From Pseudobacteriovorax sp. (lineage in GTDB: Bacteria; Bdellovibrionota_B; Oligoflexia; Oligoflexales; Oligoflexaceae): a stretch of 53,033 nt of DNA. Position numbers and translations under genes: made by a program. The notes below the pieces were generated by a model. It saw only the letters and a list, made by a program, of their open reading frames with translations, made no database searches and had not been told where the DNA came from. This document shows, piece by piece, positions 38,093-46,209 of this stretch; position 1 is the first letter of the stretch; each line of letters starts with the position of its first letter. The stretch is taken from positions 1 through 53,033 of the forward strand of contig JBNKNM010000018.1 in NCBI GenBank assembly GCA_050293845.1, given 5' to 3'.

Positions 38093-40422
38093 GCAGCAAA
38101 AGATCCGGAGGAGGAATCTGTTAAAATAGTTGCTTCGTCACCATCTTTCATGCCTTGGGGTGGGGTAAATATCATATCATTGATCTCCAAGAGGCTAATG
38201 ACTCCGTTATTAGCTAGATTACGGATGCGACCTATCACTTTCATTTCTGCAAGCCGATAGTTTGCCTCTTCAACGGTTCCTATAGATTCTAAGTCCTCTA
38301 ACCAAGAATCTGCTAGCTCTTCAGGAGCTTTTTTGATCAATAAGTCACGGACGTTTTCCGGACAACCTGATAAGAACATGAGTAGAGATTCCCTCTGCAT
38401 CCCTAAAATCACCTCGAGCAAATGACCATCTTTAAGATATGGTAAAATTTCCACTGTCACCAGTTTCATTTTTAAGCTTCGCGCGGTATCTGGATTATTT
38501 TCTACTAATGTAAACATTAACCTTTTCTGCTCCTGTAAGCTCGCTTTTTCTAATAGATCTAGTAAGATATCACTGCTTCTTAGATTTTCTGTATCGAACT
38601 CTGGCCGTGACTTGACTTTCTTATGCAGCGCTTGCGCCACGTTCACTAAGTAATCTTTGGGAATAGCATCTGCCGATGATAGCTCGGCTAATAGTTTTAC
38701 TTTTGTATCCCCATGATACATTTCGAATACTGACGCCCGTTTCTTACGTCCCAGCTGTGTAAGTACAATGCTTTGAACCTGCATTTTTTCTTCGGAAATC
38801 AGATTATAGATCTGGCCAGCGTCTAGTTTAGTCAAGAAATCAAATTTTTCAGAAGATTTCTTCGTTAGAACACGGATTTCACTGGCAGTTACCTTTGTTT
38901 TAAGGGATGACAATAGATTATATTCTTCTTCCATAGTGAATATAAAATTGGAACGATGATAATACTCGCTCAACTCATATAGGTCCCTCTGTAAGGTCGG
39001 ATCTGTTAATAGCTCATAAATGACAATGTGCCCTAATACTTTTACATATTTTGCCGTTGCTTCAATACCATCCTCTCGAATCAATCTGGTAAAGGTATCT
39101 TTGGCAACTTTTGGCTGTTCCATAAACAGCTTTATTAATTCTTCCTTAGTCAACCTGACCTTCAGAGACAGCTGAATCGAATTCTTCGAGCTCAGTCCTT
39201 CTCCACCAGCTAAGTTGGCCCCAGTTCCCTCTCCATCTTGATCATCACCTCTCAATTTTTCCTGCAACCCACTGCCAAGGGGATGTGATGTCAGAAAGCT
39301 TGGACTACCCGCAACCATTTCATTTGCCGCTTTATTGGCCCGACTAAATTTCATTAATATGATGGCTACGAGTGTTAATAACAGAATAAACCCGGCTGCA
39401 TAGGCCGCTATTTCCTCAGTAGTTAGACTTTCTTCTGAAAACTGAGAATTCACATCAGAACGCTTGCTAGTATTTGTCGATAGAGAGTTTTCCGTTGAAC
39501 TCGTTTCTGACATAGAGCTAGCATTTATTTCTTTATTGCTTTTTGAAGTGGTATTTGTAATTATTTCCTTAGTTCCTGCAAGATCCCGAAACATCACCAA
39601 CATTTGTCTTAATTTTTCCAGACCATAGGGATCTTCCTTTTCTTTTTCCAGACGTTTCTTCTTTTCCAGGTAGGTTTCAGGAAATGGCGTGACCCCAATA
39701 TTAAATTCCACTGGCTCTACAAACCTTGTTTTGGCTTTCATAACAGCTGCTATGCGATTACGTTCTTTTTCATCAAGAGTGTCATCCATTGTCATATCGA
39801 CAACTACATTATCAACCCTGAGGTACATATCTGATGAAGAACTACTTACAATACGTTTTTTAGCAATAGATCGCGACTGATCTATGGTAACGTTTTCACC
39901 CAAAACTTCAATTTGCTCAAGAATACATTGATTAGGACAGTAGCGTTCTATCACTTTACTAATAGCTTGACGCAATTTTGTGGATAATTCCTCCTGCAAA
40001 CCATCCATGTCTCCATTTTTATCACCAATACGCGGTACCATGACCTGGGACCAAAGGACTTCTACATTTTTAGAAATTGATTTTATATTCAAGGTGATGA
40101 TTTTTTCCAACCGGCTCTTGTTGACTTCAGTCACGCGACTATCAATCTGTAGATCTACTGTGATCTTCTTGACTTCATATTCTCGCTGCTGTGTACTATT
40201 AAAAGCAGGCTCGAACCCCATATCAACGCCATTTGATATTTTTTCTTGTACGTCAACGTAAATATCGACGATATCGCAAGAACCGCTGCATAAACGTCGC
40301 AATATGGGCTCAATTTTATTTCGTGCTTTTTCTTTTGTGGTTACAGTCAACTGTTCAGGTGACAAAGCAAGCGCAAAATCCTGTAACAGCAATATAGTTA
40401 ATGCGAAAAGAATCAATTTCAT
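38089..40422 (-). CDS. Membrane-anchored FliG-domain protein with FliF-like periplasmic repeats (FliF-FliG fusion-like)
   Basis: Signal peptide, two CxxxC-containing periplasmic repeats, S/T-rich linker, one TM (IAAYAAGFILLLTLVAIILM), then FliG-M-like KFDFLTKLDAGQIYNLISEEKMQVQSIVLTQL and FliG-C-like LVENNPDTARSLKMKL...WLEDLESIGTV...IRNLANNGVISL. Confidence 0.75.
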   Translation of the reverse strand: MKLILFALTILLLQDFALALSPEQLTVTTKEKARNKIEPILRRLCSGSCDIVDIYVDVQEKISNGVDMGFEPAFNSTQQREYEVKKITVDLQIDSRVTEVNKSRLEKIITLNIKSISKNVEVLWSQVMVPRIGDKNGDMDGLQEELSTKLRQAISKVIERYCPNQCILEQIEVLGENVTIDQSRSIAKKRIVSSSSSDMYLRVDNVVVDMTMDDTLDEKERNRIAAVMKAKTRFVEPVEFNIGVTPFPETYLEKKKRLEKEKEDPYGLEKLRQMLVMFRDLAGTKEIITNTTSKSNKEINASSMSETSSTENSLSTNTSKRSDVNSQFSEESLTTEEIAAYAAGFILLLTLVAIILMKFSRANKAANEMVAGSPSFLTSHPLGSGLQEKLRGDDQDGEGTGANLAGGEGLSSKNSIQLSLKVRLTKEELIKLFMEQPKVAKDTFTRLIREDGIEATAKYVKVLGHIVIYELLTDPTLQRDLYELSEYYHRSNFIFTMEEEYNLLSSLKTKVTASEIRVLTKKSSEKFDFLTKLDAGQIYNLISEEKMQVQSIVLTQLGRKKRASVFEMYHGDTKVKLLAELSSADAIPKDYLVNVAQALHKKVKSRPEFDTENLRSSDILLDLLEKASLQEQKRLMFTLVENNPDTARSLKMKLVTVEILPYLKDGHLLEVILGMQRESLLMFLSGCPENVRDLLIKKAPEELADSWLEDLESIGTVEEANYRLAEMKVIGRIRNLANNGVISLLEINDMIFTPPQGMKDGDEATILTDSSSGSFAA

Positions 40423-40558
40423 CTTAATCCTCTACCGTAGGACGCAGTTATCTTCAATGTAATCGGATTAAGATGAAATATGAGAATAGGAAAATAAGAC
40501 CTACTAGAACAGATGAAGCTTGCGATGCCCCAGGATTTTTATATAACAGGGTTAAGTC

Positions 40559-41548
40559 TCAATTTTTCAGATCCCGGTTTAAAGCACTAGCAAAAGCTTT
40601 CTCAAACGCTTCCACAGATATACCCTTGACCCAGCGTACCCCATTCAAGAAAAAAGTGGGGGTTCCCTGAACTCCTAATCGCTCACCTTCATTTTTACCT
40701 TTTTCAATAATTTTTTGTGCTGCTACTGACTTGCGACATTCCTGCCACTTATCTGTATTAAGCTGCAAACGCTTTGCTAAATCTAATAGATAGTTTTCAT
40801 TGACACTTTTTTGATTTCTAAATAAATTCTCGTGATACTTCCAGTACGCTCCTTGCTGGTGGCTACAGTAAGCTGCCATGGCGATGCTTTCGGACTGAGT
40901 TCTCAAGGGGAAGTCGATGAATATGAAATTCACACTTTCTTGGTATTTTTCAAACAGGGTAGCCATAACTTTTTCTGCTTCCGCGCAATGGGGACATTTA
41001 TAATCTGCGAACTCAACTAAGGTAACCTTACTGTTTTTCTTCCCTCGTTGATAAAAGGGTGATGTTTGGATTGAAAATTGTGGTGGCATTGGCTCAGGCA
41101 AGCTCAAGCTTACACCTTTTTCTTTTTTAATTTTCTCAATAATTTGTTGTTTTTTTTCCCGACGCTTGGATTCAGCCACATACTTTCTTAAATCTTCTTT
41201 GATGGCTTCATAGGGATATGAAATTTTAGCTTTATTTTCATCGTAGAACGTCTCTAATTCTTTTTCCGTTGGTGGGGTAGTATCAAGAATATCGGCTATT
41301 ATCTTCTCAGGTTTAACTCCCTTGTGAGTAGCCAGTTTTTCCACGTGCTTTTCAAAAAGAACTTCATTCCAGAAATCGTTTTCCAATTGATAGTTTTGTC
41401 GTTTAATTTCAAAATATTCCGATTGCAACCGGGGGCTTAGATCACTGACTTTGATTTTTTTTCCATCGATACGAAGCTGTCCGTAAGCTTGACACGTAAA
41501 TAATAGGGCCAGCACAACTGCCGGTATACCTAATGACTCTAGTCTCAT
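40559..41548 (-). CDS. DsbA-family thiol:disulfide oxidoreductase with helical N-terminal domain
   Basis: EFADYKCPHC active site, cis-Pro loop GVQGTPTFFLNG and a signal peptide. Confidence 0.88.
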   Translation of the reverse strand: MRLESLGIPAVVLALLFTCQAYGQLRIDGKKIKVSDLSPRLQSEYFEIKRQNYQLENDFWNEVLFEKHVEKLATHKGVKPEKIIADILDTTPPTEKELETFYDENKAKISYPYEAIKEDLRKYVAESKRREKKQQIIEKIKKEKGVSLSLPEPMPPQFSIQTSPFYQRGKKNSKVTLVEFADYKCPHCAEAEKVMATLFEKYQESVNFIFIDFPLRTQSESIAMAAYCSHQQGAYWKYHENLFRNQKSVNENYLLDLAKRLQLNTDKWQECRKSVAAQKIIEKGKNEGERLGVQGTPTFFLNGVRWVKGISVEAFEKAFASALNRDLKN

Positions 41549-42537
41549 AAACTTGATTCCTTAGAAAATTTTGATAACTTTTTGGAACTAGGGGAATTTT
41601 CTTTAAGCCGTGCAAATAACTCATGGGAGTATGTTTGAGGGGAAAAGCTGGTGGCTTCAAAAATTTCATGTACGATTTTCCAATCACCATGCTTTCTCAC
41701 CCAGTACAATATTTTACGGCCTTTAGATACATATCTGCCATCTCCGTCAAAGTTTTGATTCATGATGGCCATTGCATATTTATCATGGGTAAACACCCTG
41801 GTGCTATTGAAGTCAACCTTCATGACCTTATAGCTATTAAATACTCGCCCCTTATAGCGAGTAAAACCTCTAATATTCATGCCTCTAAACCTAAATGTAG
41901 GATCATAGAATTGGACGTACTGATTTAGAGACCTTTCCTGCCAAGAATGCTGCCAGCGCTTTGTAAGGCTCAACACCTCATCAACAGTCACTTGCTTATT
42001 GATAGAGTCTTCATCCTTAGCGATGACGATAACAGTCTGCTGGGGCTTTAGCCACTTGGCCAGGGACTCAATATCTGCATTATAAAAAGCCACACACCCT
42101 TCTGTAACATTCGCCTCTTCAATTCTGGCATCACGTTCGACCCCATGAAGCCAAATACCATAGCCTGTTTTTCCTTGGTTTTTATCAAAGGTATTCGGAA
42201 AGTTGATGGGAATAGCTAAGGGACCATATTTTTTAGGAAGTATATCACCACTTATGAGCTCTTGCGCAAAGTAAATACCTTCAGGAGTTTTGTTATCCCC
42301 CTCGACCTGTTTATCGCCAGGAGCCTTGCCAACAGCAATACGCAGCGAAAGCAAAGTTTCAGAAGCAGACCTATCCTCCGGCCAGGTTCTCAACTCAGCC
42401 TTGAGCCCTCCCTTATCTACTACAAGGTAGATGATTTCTTCTTTTGAGATTCCAGACTTTGCTTTTTCCGTTAAGCTTATACTTGCTATACAAGTATATG
42501 GGATGAGCCAAAGCATCAGGTAATACATTAATTTCAT
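41545..42537 (-). CDS. L,D-transpeptidase/carboxypeptidase (YkuD) with C-terminal NTF2-like domain
   Basis: KQVEGDNKTPEGIY and GYGIWLHG...TEGCV (His/Cys catalytic motif); C-terminal WQHSWQERSLNQYVQFY...GRKILYW...WKIVHE. Confidence 0.87.
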   Translation of the reverse strand: MKLMYYLMLWLIPYTCIASISLTEKAKSGISKEEIIYLVVDKGGLKAELRTWPEDRSASETLLSLRIAVGKAPGDKQVEGDNKTPEGIYFAQELISGDILPKKYGPLAIPINFPNTFDKNQGKTGYGIWLHGVERDARIEEANVTEGCVAFYNADIESLAKWLKPQQTVIVIAKDEDSINKQVTVDEVLSLTKRWQHSWQERSLNQYVQFYDPTFRFRGMNIRGFTRYKGRVFNSYKVMKVDFNSTRVFTHDKYAMAIMNQNFDGDGRYVSKGRKILYWVRKHGDWKIVHEIFEATSFSPQTYSHELFARLKENSPSSKKLSKFSKESSL

Positions 42538-42582
42538 AAACCACGACCTCGTTCCGTTCGCACAGAAACTAACCGAAAACGG

Positions 42583-43605
42583 CTATTTCAGATACGTTTC
42601 TAGACAATCAATAATCTCTTTAATATCCTTTGGAAAGGGAACTTCAAACCCCAACCTTTCTTCGGTTTTTGGATGAGCAAACCCAAGCAGTCGCGCATGC
42701 AACATTTGCCGCTTCACCGACGCTAGCTTTTTTCTGACGGCTACAGGCAAACTTAAACCCCAGTGGCCGCAGTCGCCATAAAGTTGATCGCCGACAATGG
42801 GAAGTTTTAGAGCTTTGGCATGTACGCGAATCTGGTGAGTACGTCCTGTATGTAAGCGAACTTGTGCCAGGCTAATATGACCTCCATAAGTTTTCTTTTT
42901 ATAGAAAGTGGACTTTGCATAACGAATGTTCGCGCTAGATTGACCCAAAGAGGCTTGTTTTTGGTACCCTTCTAGGCTCATATCCTTGTACTTGGTGCGG
43001 AACCTAGGATCACGGTATAAATAACTTTCATACTCTATAATATCTTCAGCCATCCTTCCCTTTAAGATCGCAAAGTACTCTCTTAAATTCGTTTTATCTT
43101 TAAACTGCTGAGCCAAGTGATTATGGGTCCATGTGTCCTTAGCCACCACCATGACTCCAGAAGTATCTTTATCAAGACGATGGACGATGCCAGGACGTGC
43201 GGGATCCCCCGGTAATTGATCGGGAGATTTATGGAGATAATACAAGATGCCATCAATCAACGTCGGTGCAGAAGTTCCTGCCCCTGGATGCACTACCAAA
43301 CCGGCAGGTTTGTTAATTACTAATAGGTGCTCATCCTCGAATACAATATCGATTTCCAAAAAGCTGGGATTTACAGCAGGGGGGTCACTGGAAACTTGGT
43401 CTATGATTACAATTTCTTGATGTTGAGAAACAATATTCTTGGCCTTGAGAGGAGCTCCGTTAATAGAAACTTTTCCCGATTTTATGAGTTTTTGGGCTTG
43501 ACTACGGCTAACTTGAAGCATTTCACTGAGGACATGGTCGACTCTCATCAGATGAAATTCCTCAGCAACCTTTAATACTGTTCTATCCCCTTGCTCTCCC
43601 GCCAA
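42583..43605 (-). CDS. rluD: RluA/RluD-family 23S rRNA pseudouridine synthase
   Basis: N-terminal S4 domain, NKPAGLVVHPG, RPGIVHRLDKDTSG, TGRTHQIRVH and QMLHA. Confidence 0.9.
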   Translation of the reverse strand: MAGEQGDRTVLKVAEEFHLMRVDHVLSEMLQVSRSQAQKLIKSGKVSINGAPLKAKNIVSQHQEIVIIDQVSSDPPAVNPSFLEIDIVFEDEHLLVINKPAGLVVHPGAGTSAPTLIDGILYYLHKSPDQLPGDPARPGIVHRLDKDTSGVMVVAKDTWTHNHLAQQFKDKTNLREYFAILKGRMAEDIIEYESYLYRDPRFRTKYKDMSLEGYQKQASLGQSSANIRYAKSTFYKKKTYGGHISLAQVRLHTGRTHQIRVHAKALKLPIVGDQLYGDCGHWGLSLPVAVRKKLASVKRQMLHARLLGFAHPKTEERLGFEVPFPKDIKEIIDCLETYLK

Positions 43606-44372
43606 TGTCTCACCGACTCCAAGTATTGGTTGATGATCTTATCTACGCCTTTTTGTACTCCTAGGTACTGCAGACATATCTTCAGAAAGCCCTTAACATA
43701 CACAACTGAGGGGAGAGTTTGAAAGTCGTTATTTTCCAGAGCGATAATATATTGAAGTGATACCTTGGTTCGATCTTGTAGTTCATTCAATGTGACACCC
43801 TGAATTTCCCTTAGATCACGGATTAGGGTGCCATCAACGTCACTCTGCTCTAAACGGCTCTTAATTTTTTCTTGAATTCCATTTTCAAGGGCATGGTGGG
43901 CAAACCGCATTTTATTGGCTGTCTCTATAGGTTGCTTGGTTGAGGTTGTTGCACAGCCCTTCCATAAATTCTCCTGCGTTAACCCTGATGAGCCGCTATA
44001 ATTCTCCTTTAGTAACGATTCCCGTTCTGTAAATGCGGTATGAAATGGATCGACCAGCCTCCTACTAGCTTGTTTTCCTGTTCCAGAACCTGCTATGTTC
44101 TGATCATAATCCTTACGCAATATGTCATCATAAAGAACACGGTAAGCATCTTCTAGTTGATTTAATGTATTTTGAGCGTCTTCATCAGAGATAAGGGAGT
44201 AAAGAGCTTGATTACCATTAGAATAGGTACTTTTTAGTCTGATATAGGCCTCCCGAATCTGCATTTTAGATGCATCAAAAGGGACTTCTAAAACCTCATA
44301 ATAATTCTGCTCTGAGTTTGTTTGTCCTGAAAAAACTGGCTTCATGATTGATTCATTGTGACAATCATCCAT
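43572..44372 (-). CDS. J-like domain fused to a RodZ-type helix-turn-helix
   Basis: NYYEVLEV...IREAY...EDAYRVLYD...RKDYD (J-domain fold, no HPD) and LREIQGVTL...YIIALENNDFQTLPSVVYVKGFL. Confidence 0.8.
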   Translation of the reverse strand: MDDCHNESIMKPVFSGQTNSEQNYYEVLEVPFDASKMQIREAYIRLKSTYSNGNQALYSLISDEDAQNTLNQLEDAYRVLYDDILRKDYDQNIAGSGTGKQASRRLVDPFHTAFTERESLLKENYSGSSGLTQENLWKGCATTSTKQPIETANKMRFAHHALENGIQEKIKSRLEQSDVDGTLIRDLREIQGVTLNELQDRTKVSLQYIIALENNDFQTLPSVVYVKGFLKICLQYLGVQKGVDKIINQYLESVRHWRESKGIEQY

Positions 44373-45445
44373 TATGCTCTCCTTTGGAGGACCATGATCT
44401 TTAAACAGTGTGCTGCCGCTACTGCTAAACGCTTAGCTATCAGGCTATGGGGAAAATCTGCAACCAACAAACGTCGATTCCGTAGAGACTTCAGAACAGC
44501 TTGATCGTGGTTAAGATAACCTAGGTACTTAGATTGTAAACCAAAGTATTTAAAACAAATATGTTCCATAGATAACCCGATATCAACATCAGACTGGTCC
44601 CGAGTTTGATTGATAAGTATACCCACATAACGACCCAATACAGCTTGAGTAAAATTATGAATGAACCGTGGATAAGATATTTTAAGGCTCTGAATAAAAT
44701 GAGCGTACCCTTTATTAAGGCTACCTCCGCTCATGGTGGATAGAGCCTCTATTATTTCGGAAGCTGTATCCTGGTTTCTGGTATTTTCACCTACATTAAC
44801 CAGAAGTTTTTGCATGGACATTTTTAAAAATACATAGGCATTTTCAATAGAAGTTGGCTCTGGCAAGACAGTTACAATTCCTAAGTGGCTGCCAACAAAA
44901 AAATCGAGAGTGTGGCGATGGGTTCCCGCTCCCAAGTCCAACAGGACAATATCCACCTTAAAATCTTTTTTACAATTGTAGATCATCTCCCATAGAGTAC
45001 GAATAGCATTTTGTGACGATTCAAAGGCATCCAACAGCTGCTCTTCTCGCCCTCCCGCAACAAAAGCCAACCCCTGTACCGGAGCTGGGAGAATGATATC
45101 CTTAAATGTCAGGCGTTGCGAAATCAAACAGTCGGCTAAGGATTTGCTTGGCATAGCTACACCAAAATGTGAATGGAGATTGGCACAACCCACATCAAGG
45201 TCGATAGCCAAAACTCGAAAACCCGATTGAGCCAGCATTGCTGCTAAATTTGCACTAACGACACTCTTTCCAACTCCCCCTTTACCACCGCCAACAGCAA
45301 TAATCACTGGTAGTTTATATGGACTTGCAACAAGAGATGGGACAGAACTACCGATCCTCCAATTATCGAAGTGGTTGAGCACATGTTGACTCAACCTTCC
45401 TCCTGAAACGCCAGGATCATTGGATTGTTTTTTCACTTCAAGCAT
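44372..45445 (-). CDS. MinD/FlhG-like P-loop ATPase
   Basis: GGGKGGVGKS, IDLDVGCANLH, LDLGAGT and PEPTSIENAY motifs. Start uncertain (ORF is open to 45511); TAATG overlap with the next gene. Confidence 0.85.
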   Translation of the reverse strand: MLEVKKQSNDPGVSGGRLSQHVLNHFDNWRIGSSVPSLVASPYKLPVIIAVGGGKGGVGKSVVSANLAAMLAQSGFRVLAIDLDVGCANLHSHFGVAMPSKSLADCLISQRLTFKDIILPAPVQGLAFVAGGREEQLLDAFESSQNAIRTLWEMIYNCKKDFKVDIVLLDLGAGTHRHTLDFFVGSHLGIVTVLPEPTSIENAYVFLKMSMQKLLVNVGENTRNQDTASEIIEALSTMSGGSLNKGYAHFIQSLKISYPRFIHNFTQAVLGRYVGILINQTRDQSDVDIGLSMEHICFKYFGLQSKYLGYLNHDQAVLKSLRNRRLLVADFPHSLIAKRLAVAAAHCLKIMVLQRRA

Positions 45446-45594
45446 ACATATCCCTAGCCCTGCGAATGTTCTTGAGAGGAGTGGGGTTACACAAAGCTTT
45501 ATACGCTCCATAGAAATGGAAGACTACATCGTCTACTAGTATATTACTAAATGCTTATTAACTTCAACGGGTCCCCCAAACACAGATGAAATAA

Positions 45595-46149
45595 TCAAAG
45601 ATTTGCAACTAATAACCACAAGATTATCATTCCAGGATAGAAAGCAAGACGAACGCCAAGCCAGACCTTGGATGACCAAAAAATCGCTGCATATGCCGTA
45701 GCTGATCCATGAATAATAAAAAGGTAAATAATTCCATGGCTAATACGAGATAACAAAGCCATAGTTTGCGCATTCTCATAAATTTGGCTGAATCTCGGGT
45801 TTAGTTGCACCAGATGTGGGATCAACTCGATCAGTAATGGACGGCCCATCAATTGAAAAACTGTAAATACAAGCGCAAAAACTGCTGCCAATACTGCAGG
45901 TTGTAACTTGAAATATTTACTATCGTTAAGCCGCAAAGAAATAAAACCCATAAAGAAAAGCAGGAGAAATTCACCGAAGATCAGCCAGTCCCAATACTGG
46001 GTTTTGATATAACAGTAAATTACAATTAGGAAAGATAATCCAATAGCTGCGTATATCCCTTTTTTTGAATCCTGGTAAATATCTATAATAACGAATAAAA
46101 CAAGTGGCAATAGGCCAACCAACAAAGAATCCAAATTTTTTCCCATCAA
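45595..46149 (-). CDS. YciB/IspZ-family inner membrane protein
   Basis: About 5 TM helices; GLLPLVLF start and LNDSKYFKLQPAV motif. Confidence 0.7.
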   Translation of the reverse strand: MMGKNLDSLLVGLLPLVLFVIIDIYQDSKKGIYAAIGLSFLIVIYCYIKTQYWDWLIFGEFLLLFFMGFISLRLNDSKYFKLQPAVLAAVFALVFTVFQLMGRPLLIELIPHLVQLNPRFSQIYENAQTMALLSRISHGIIYLFIIHGSATAYAAIFWSSKVWLGVRLAFYPGMIILWLLVANL

Positions 46150-46209
46150 TACTTAATGCAATTTAATTACTCAACCGAGGTATTATAGCAACATGGGAGA
46201 AACAATAAA

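Noticed and set aside
40440..40500. Sigma28 (FliA)-type promoter upstream of the FliF/FliG-like gene
   Set aside because: Only a partial -10 match (TCCGATTA on the minus strand) and no convincing -35 at the right spacing.
44372..45445. Assigning flhG or minD as gene symbol
   Set aside because: No adjacent flhF, fliA, minC or minE; only family-level assignment is supported.
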